Shown piece by piece: positions 62,415 to 64,000 of a stretch of 64,000 bases of DNA (position 1 is its first letter; each line of letters starts with the position of its first letter). The stretch is from Anaeramoeba ignava BMAN (lineage: Eukaryota > Protista > Anaeramoebae): positions 620,001 to 684,000 of the forward strand of contig JAPDFW010000114.1 of the NCBI GenBank assembly GCA_028826165.1, read 5' to 3'. The notes below the pieces were generated by a model. The model made no database searches. It had not been told where the DNA came from and saw only the letters and a list, made by a program, of their open reading frames with translations. Position numbers and translations under genes: made by a program.

Positions 62415-62745
62415 AAAAATTCAATATCAATTTCAATATCAATTTCAAATTCAATATCAATTTCAATTTCAATATCAATATCAATATCAATTTCAATATC
62501 AATATCAATTTCAATTTCAATTTCAATATCAAATTCAATATCAATTTCAATATCAATATCAATATCAATTTCAATTTCAATATCAAATTCAATTTCAATA
62601 TCAATTTCAAATTCAATTTCAATATCAATTTCAATTTCAATTTCAATTTCAATTTCAATTTCAATATCAATATCAATATCAATTTCAATTTCAATTTCAA
62701 TTTCAAATTCAATTTCAAAATTCAATTTCAATTTCAATTTCAAAT
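62415..62745. repeat. Intergenic hexamer array (TCAATT/TCAATA)n
   Basis: Direct tandem repeat. Confidence 0.92.
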
Positions 62746-62969
62746 TATAAATAGATTATATTTTTTTTTAAATCAAATTTCAAAATTAAATTTAAATAAA
62801 AAAATTTTGGCGAAACTAAGGAAAATTTCAATTCCTTAAGAAAAAAGAAATAAGAGAATAAGTTTCACTTACATTTTCCAAATTAATTTTTGTTTATTTT
62901 ATTTTTTTTATTAATTTTAAAAAAGAAAAAAATTTTTTTCATTTTTTCTTTTTCATTTTTTCATTTTCA

Positions 62970-64000
62970 ATGTCTTTGATTAAATTATATAATTTTGATG
63001 AGAAAGTTTTAGGAGTTTCAAATTCAAAAAAAATTAATGATTTAATAGTTTCTGTTCAAAAATCAGGATTTCATACTTTGCATAAAGAAACACATATAAT
63101 TAAAAAAAGTTTAACAATAAGCCCACAAACAATTATAACTTCAAAAGTTTTATTTGAATCTAAATCAAATACTTATATTACTGTTGAAAATTATAATAAT
63201 ATTGTTTTTTGGAAAGATAATGAAAATATTTATGAAAATGCACAAAGAATTAAAGTAATTTTAATTTTAATTTTAATTTTAATTAATTTTAATTTATTTT
63301 AATTTATTTTAATTTATTTTAATTTTAATTTTTATTTAAAGTTCCAAGAATCTATTCACAAAATTTTATTAAATGAAAAACTTGCAGAATCAGTTATAAT
63401 TGCAATTTTTCAAACAGGAGATTTTTGTTTAGTTAATCTAAAAACAAAAAAAATCACACATTTAGCAATGAATCAATCAATCAAAAACAAAAAGAAAGAT
63501 TTTCAATTAAAAACAGAGTGGTGTTCATGTTACACACATCAAAGCATTCCATCATCAATTATTATATCAATAATTACATCCCAAGAAGTAAAACAACCAC
63601 AAAACATAAAAACTTATGCAATACAATTTTTTGCACTTTTTAATGAAGAACAAACAGATTCAAACAATAAAACAAATGAGGAATTTATAAATACTCAAGC
63701 TAAAATGAAATTTCTTTATAAAACAATTATTAGTCCAATTCCTGAAAAAGGTGTGATAAATGAAATTGTTGCTTGTGATTATGATATAGGTTCATTTTCG
63801 TTGGGAATTGTGTTTAACAACAATTTTTTTTCAAGTTATTATGCTAATTTTTTAAAGAAAAAATCAGGATATAATTGGAGTCGAAAATTATTATCAACTT
63901 CAAATACAAATTTTTGTACTTTTACTACAAATCTCTTCTGTTTGTTGGGAAATTTCCAGATCGAAAACAAAACAACAAATTCCAAAGAAAAAAATGGATA
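62970..64000 (+). CDS. NOL11: NOL11-like nucleolar (UTP-A complex) protein, 5' part; exons 62970-63254, 63342->64000
   Basis: VLGVSNSKKINDLIVS...IITSKVLFESKSNTYITVENYNNIVFWKDNE...FQESIHKILL parallels the human NOL11 N-terminus as recalled (LLGVEQSDKTDQFLVT...[31 protein letters not shown]). Confidence 0.65.

Noticed and set aside
1321-62754. Many ORFs of alternating residues (ILIL, KIKI, DFDF, KSKS, IIYL, NFEM, QFQY)
   Set aside because: They are stop-free frames of hexamer, 12-mer and 18-mer satellites, not genes.
1-64000. Alternative genetic code (stop reassignment)
   Set aside because: Long conserved exons have no in-frame stops, and TAA, TAG and TGA all terminate genes; breaks are explained by introns or indels.

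Overview
Gene-dense, very AT-rich, intron-containing eukaryotic (protist) nuclear DNA. Asn-Gln hexamer tracts, an RGS+DUF547 gene and TCATT initiator-like motifs resemble an anaerobic metamonad amoeba such as Anaeramoeba (inference, not demonstrated). About 20 protein genes can be rebuilt by splicing: a partial RNF213-like AAA+ giant, a secreted beta-propeller, TBCE, AAR2, ATG18/WIPI, RhoBTB, an F-box protein, an Ig-like/rhomboid-like fusion, PI4KA, a 138-aa unknown, RGS-DUF547, a BEACH protein, a BAR-like protein, an FG-GAP/FN3 receptor, METTL18, SSU72, a TPR protein, a ChAP (exomer adaptor), class II eIF4E and a partial NOL11-like gene. Scattered single-base frameshifts look like uncorrected long-read errors. 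No RNA genes, transposons, CRISPR arrays or inteins were recognised. Main observations: (1) a RhoBTB GTPase with a complete U-box E3 domain inside its split first BTB domain, spread over three exons and invisible in the ORF track; (2) an A-ending to T-ending switch of synonymous codons across individual exons that resets after AT-rich introns; (3) all large non-coding tandem arrays have periods of 6, 12 or 18 nt; (4) frequent AAG splice acceptors; (5) strand-specific TTTCATTT motifs before most start codons; (6) RNF213-, NOL11- and ChAP-like genes in a protist.
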